From Methanotrichaceae archaeon (GTDB lineage: Archaea > Halobacteriota > Methanosarcinia > Methanotrichales > Methanotrichaceae), in contig CAVVKN010000009.1 in NCBI GenBank assembly GCA_963748825.1, positions 128,001-192,000 on the forward strand: a stretch of 64,000 bases of DNA, in the 5' to 3' direction. The stretch's first letter is position 1; each line of letters starts with the position of its first letter. Positions 61,718 to 64,000 of the stretch are shown here, piece after piece. Below the pieces are notes generated by a model. It did not search any database. It was not told the DNA's origin and worked only from the letters and a program-made list of their open reading frames with translations. A program made the position numbers and the translations under genes.

Positions 61718-62818
61718 ATGAGAGATTTTATTCCCATAGCCAAGCCAATCATAGGCGATGAAGAGATAAAAGCTGTAGGAGATGTGCTGAAAAGCGGCAT
61801 GCTCGCCCAGGGCGAGAGCGTCAAGCGCTTTGAAGATGAATTCTCTAGCTACCTGGGCGTGGAAAATGCCATAGCCGTAAACAACGGCACCGTCGCCCTG
61901 AATCTAGCCATCAAAGCCCTGGGGTTGAAGCCAGGAGACGAGGTCATAACGCCCGCCTTCACCTTCATTGCTACTGCAAACTGCGCCCTCTATGAAGGCC
62001 TGCGCCCTGTCTTCGCAGATGTGGACCCGAGGACTTTCAATATCGATCCCGATGATCTGCAAAAGAGAATAACACCCCGCACCAGGGCCGTGATCGGCGT
62101 TCACCTTTACGGCCAGCCTTTCGACCTGTCCGCGGTACAGGAGATCTGCCAGGATGGGGCAATTGCTCTGATAGAGGACTGCGCTCAGGCCCATGGAGCG
62201 GAATTTCAGGGCAAGAAGGTGGGCTCATTTGGTACCGGCTGCTTCTCCTTCTACCCCACCAAGAACATGACCACAGGCGAAGGGGGCATGATCACCACCA
62301 ATGATGATGCTCTGGCAGCACGTCTGCGTCTGCTGAGAAGCCACGGAGACACAGGAAAGTACAACCACGCCACATTAGGCTACAATTACAGGATGATGAA
62401 TCTGCAAGGGGCCCTTGGCCTGGTGCAGCTACGGCGACTGGAGGAGTTCACGGCCAAGAGGATCAGCAATGCTGCGTTTCTAAACGATAATATCAAGATC
62501 AAGGGCATCAGCACCCCTTACCAGGCGAATAACGTCCGGCACGTCTATCATCAGTATGTGGTGCGGGTGGAGGACAGTTTTGCCTCTTCCCGGGAGAAGC
62601 TGATGGAGTATCTTCAGGCCAAAGGGATCGGAAGCGCCGTTCACTATCCCAAGGCGGTTTATGAGCAGCCCCTCTACCGGGAGCTGGGCTATACGAATGA
62701 AAGTTGTCCCGTATCCGAAGACGTCTCCCGCAAGGTGTTGAGCCTACCTGTGCATCCCTCTCTCACCGAGGAGGACTTGGCATACATCGCCAAGACCATT
62801 AATTCCTTCGAGGCCTGA
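61718..62818 (+). CDS. DegT/DnrJ/EryC1/StrS aminotransferase (WbpE-like)
   Basis: EDCAQAHG, SFYPTKNMTTGEGG, GYNYRM, SLPVHP. Confidence 0.92.
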   Translation: MRDFIPIAKPIIGDEEIKAVGDVLKSGMLAQGESVKRFEDEFSSYLGVENAIAVNNGTVALNLAIKALGLKPGDEVITPAFTFIATANCALYEGLRPVFADVDPRTFNIDPDDLQKRITPRTRAVIGVHLYGQPFDLSAVQEICQDGAIALIEDCAQAHGAEFQGKKVGSFGTGCFSFYPTKNMTTGEGGMITTNDDALAARLRLLRSHGDTGKYNHATLGYNYRMMNLQGALGLVQLRRLEEFTAKRISNAAFLNDNIKIKGISTPYQANNVRHVYHQYVVRVEDSFASSREKLMEYLQAKGIGSAVHYPKAVYEQPLYRELGYTNESCPVSEDVSRKVLSLPVHPSLTEEDLAYIAKTINSFEA

Positions 62819-62820
62819 GC

Positions 62821-63744
62821 ATGGATGTTGGAGTAATCGGCGTCGGGGCCATGGGCAGAAACCATGTGCGCGTCTACTCGGAATTGAAAGGAGTAGGCAC
62901 CGTTTATGTCTATGATCCAGTCACAGAAAATGCAGAGCGTTCCAGGGAGTTTGCTACAATCTGCAAATCATTGCCGGAGCTACTTGACAAAGTGGATGCG
63001 GTCAGCATATGCGTGCCGACCAGGTACCACTTCGATACTGCCAAAAAAGTCATCGATGCCGGCGTAAACTGCCTTATCGAAAAGCCCATCACTTTGACTG
63101 TCGAGGAAGGACTGCAGCTCCTAAGAATCATCGAGGGCAAAGAGCTGGTCGTAGGAGTGGGCCACATTGAGAGGTTCAACCCAATCGTTGCGGAGATGAC
63201 AAAGATCGCACAGCGGCCCGATTATGTAGCCATCAAGAGACATAATCCCACTTCAAGCCGCATCACCGATGCCTCCGTGGTAGAGGACCTCATGATCCAC
63301 GACATCGATATAGCCTTCAATGTGCTTTTCAAGGGCGAATGCGACTACAAGATTTTCAGTGCCGGGAGCGGGAACGTCTGCGAGGCGATGGCCGCCTTCC
63401 CGGGCTGTGTGGTCTCCATCTCCGCCAGCCGCCTATCCTCCAAGAAGTTTCGCACATTTTATGTCGAGTCCGAGGACTTTACGGCAGAGGGCGACTTCAT
63501 GACCCAGGAGGTTTACATATACCGAAAACCTGGAAAGTACAAGGTGGAAAATGAGCGGTATATGCAGGAGAACATCATCGAAAAGGTCCTGGTAAACAAG
63601 GTCGAGCCCTTAAAGGTAGAGCTGAAGACATTCTTGGACTGTGTCAAGACCAAGAAGAGCTTCCCCGTCACGCCCCAAGAGGCCCTGAAGAACCTGCAAA
63701 TCTGCGAGCAGATCAAGCAGGGATTAGAAATCAAGAAGCCTTAG
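62821..63744 (+). CDS. Gfo/Idh/MocA oxidoreductase (WbpB-like UDP-sugar 3-dehydrogenase)
   Basis: GVGAMG.NH, EKPI, VGHIERFNP, DLMIHDID. Confidence 0.9.
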   Translation: MDVGVIGVGAMGRNHVRVYSELKGVGTVYVYDPVTENAERSREFATICKSLPELLDKVDAVSICVPTRYHFDTAKKVIDAGVNCLIEKPITLTVEEGLQLLRIIEGKELVVGVGHIERFNPIVAEMTKIAQRPDYVAIKRHNPTSSRITDASVVEDLMIHDIDIAFNVLFKGECDYKIFSAGSGNVCEAMAAFPGCVVSISASRLSSKKFRTFYVESEDFTAEGDFMTQEVYIYRKPGKYKVENERYMQENIIEKVLVNKVEPLKVELKTFLDCVKTKKSFPVTPQEALKNLQICEQIKQGLEIKKP

Positions 63745-63755
63745 GATGATGGAAA

Positions 63756-64000
63756 ATGACGGAAAGCAATAGCTACTATGTCCATCCCACGGCCATAGTC
63801 GAGAGCGAGATAATAGGTGAGGGCACAAAGATCTGGCACTTTGCTCACGTACGCAAAGGCTCGAAGATCGGCGAGAACTGCAACATAGGAAAAAGCGTTT
63901 ACATCGACATTGACGCCGAGATCGGCAACAATGTGAAGATCCAGAACTTCGTCTCCATTTATAAGGGCGTGATCATCGAAGACGATGTCTTCGTAGGCCC
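63756..64000 (+). CDS. Hexapeptide N-acetyltransferase (WbpD-like), 3'-truncated
   Basis: VHPTAIVE...IGEGTKIWHF.HV...IG.NCNIG...KIQNFVSIY.GV.IEDDVFVG. Confidence 0.88.
   Translation, partial: MTESNSYYVHPTAIVESEIIGEGTKIWHFAHVRKGSKIGENCNIGKSVYIDIDAEIGNNVKIQNFVSIYKGVIIEDDVFVG

Overview
Archaeal methanogen chromosome. The gene content and style (mtd, cofD/cofG, methanogenesis marker 12, egsA, top6AB, A1Ao ATP synthase, form III RuBisCO) best fit Methanothrix/Methanosaeta; this assignment is an inference. Most of the window is housekeeping: F420 synthesis, RPA, Topo VI, pyrG, truA, trpB2, the atpHIKECFABD operon and a Wbp-like UDP-sugar pathway. Three regions stand out. (1) An accessory island downstream of pyrG (about 25.3-35.3 kb) holds an ATPase-TOPRIM defence-type gene split into three open pieces, interleaved with decayed HEPN-like and EVE-nuclease-like genes. 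It is followed by a toxin-antitoxin array punctuated by repeated GC-rich spacers and including an unannotated 30-aa antitoxin-like ORF convergent on a Doc toxin, then an acylphosphatase with 54-bp tandem repeats. (2) A carbon-metabolism cluster (50.8-59.7 kb) links RuBisCO, a bacterial-type FBPase I plus class II aldolase pair, the archaeal bifunctional FBP aldolase/phosphatase and a two-subunit AOR/GOR-like oxidoreductase. (3) A decayed region at 1.5-3.5 kb contains pseudogenes and small ORFs. Single-base frameshifts occur in atpB and a methyltransferase. No rRNA, tRNA or CRISPR array was recognised. Protein family calls come from motif recognition by eye, not from database searches.
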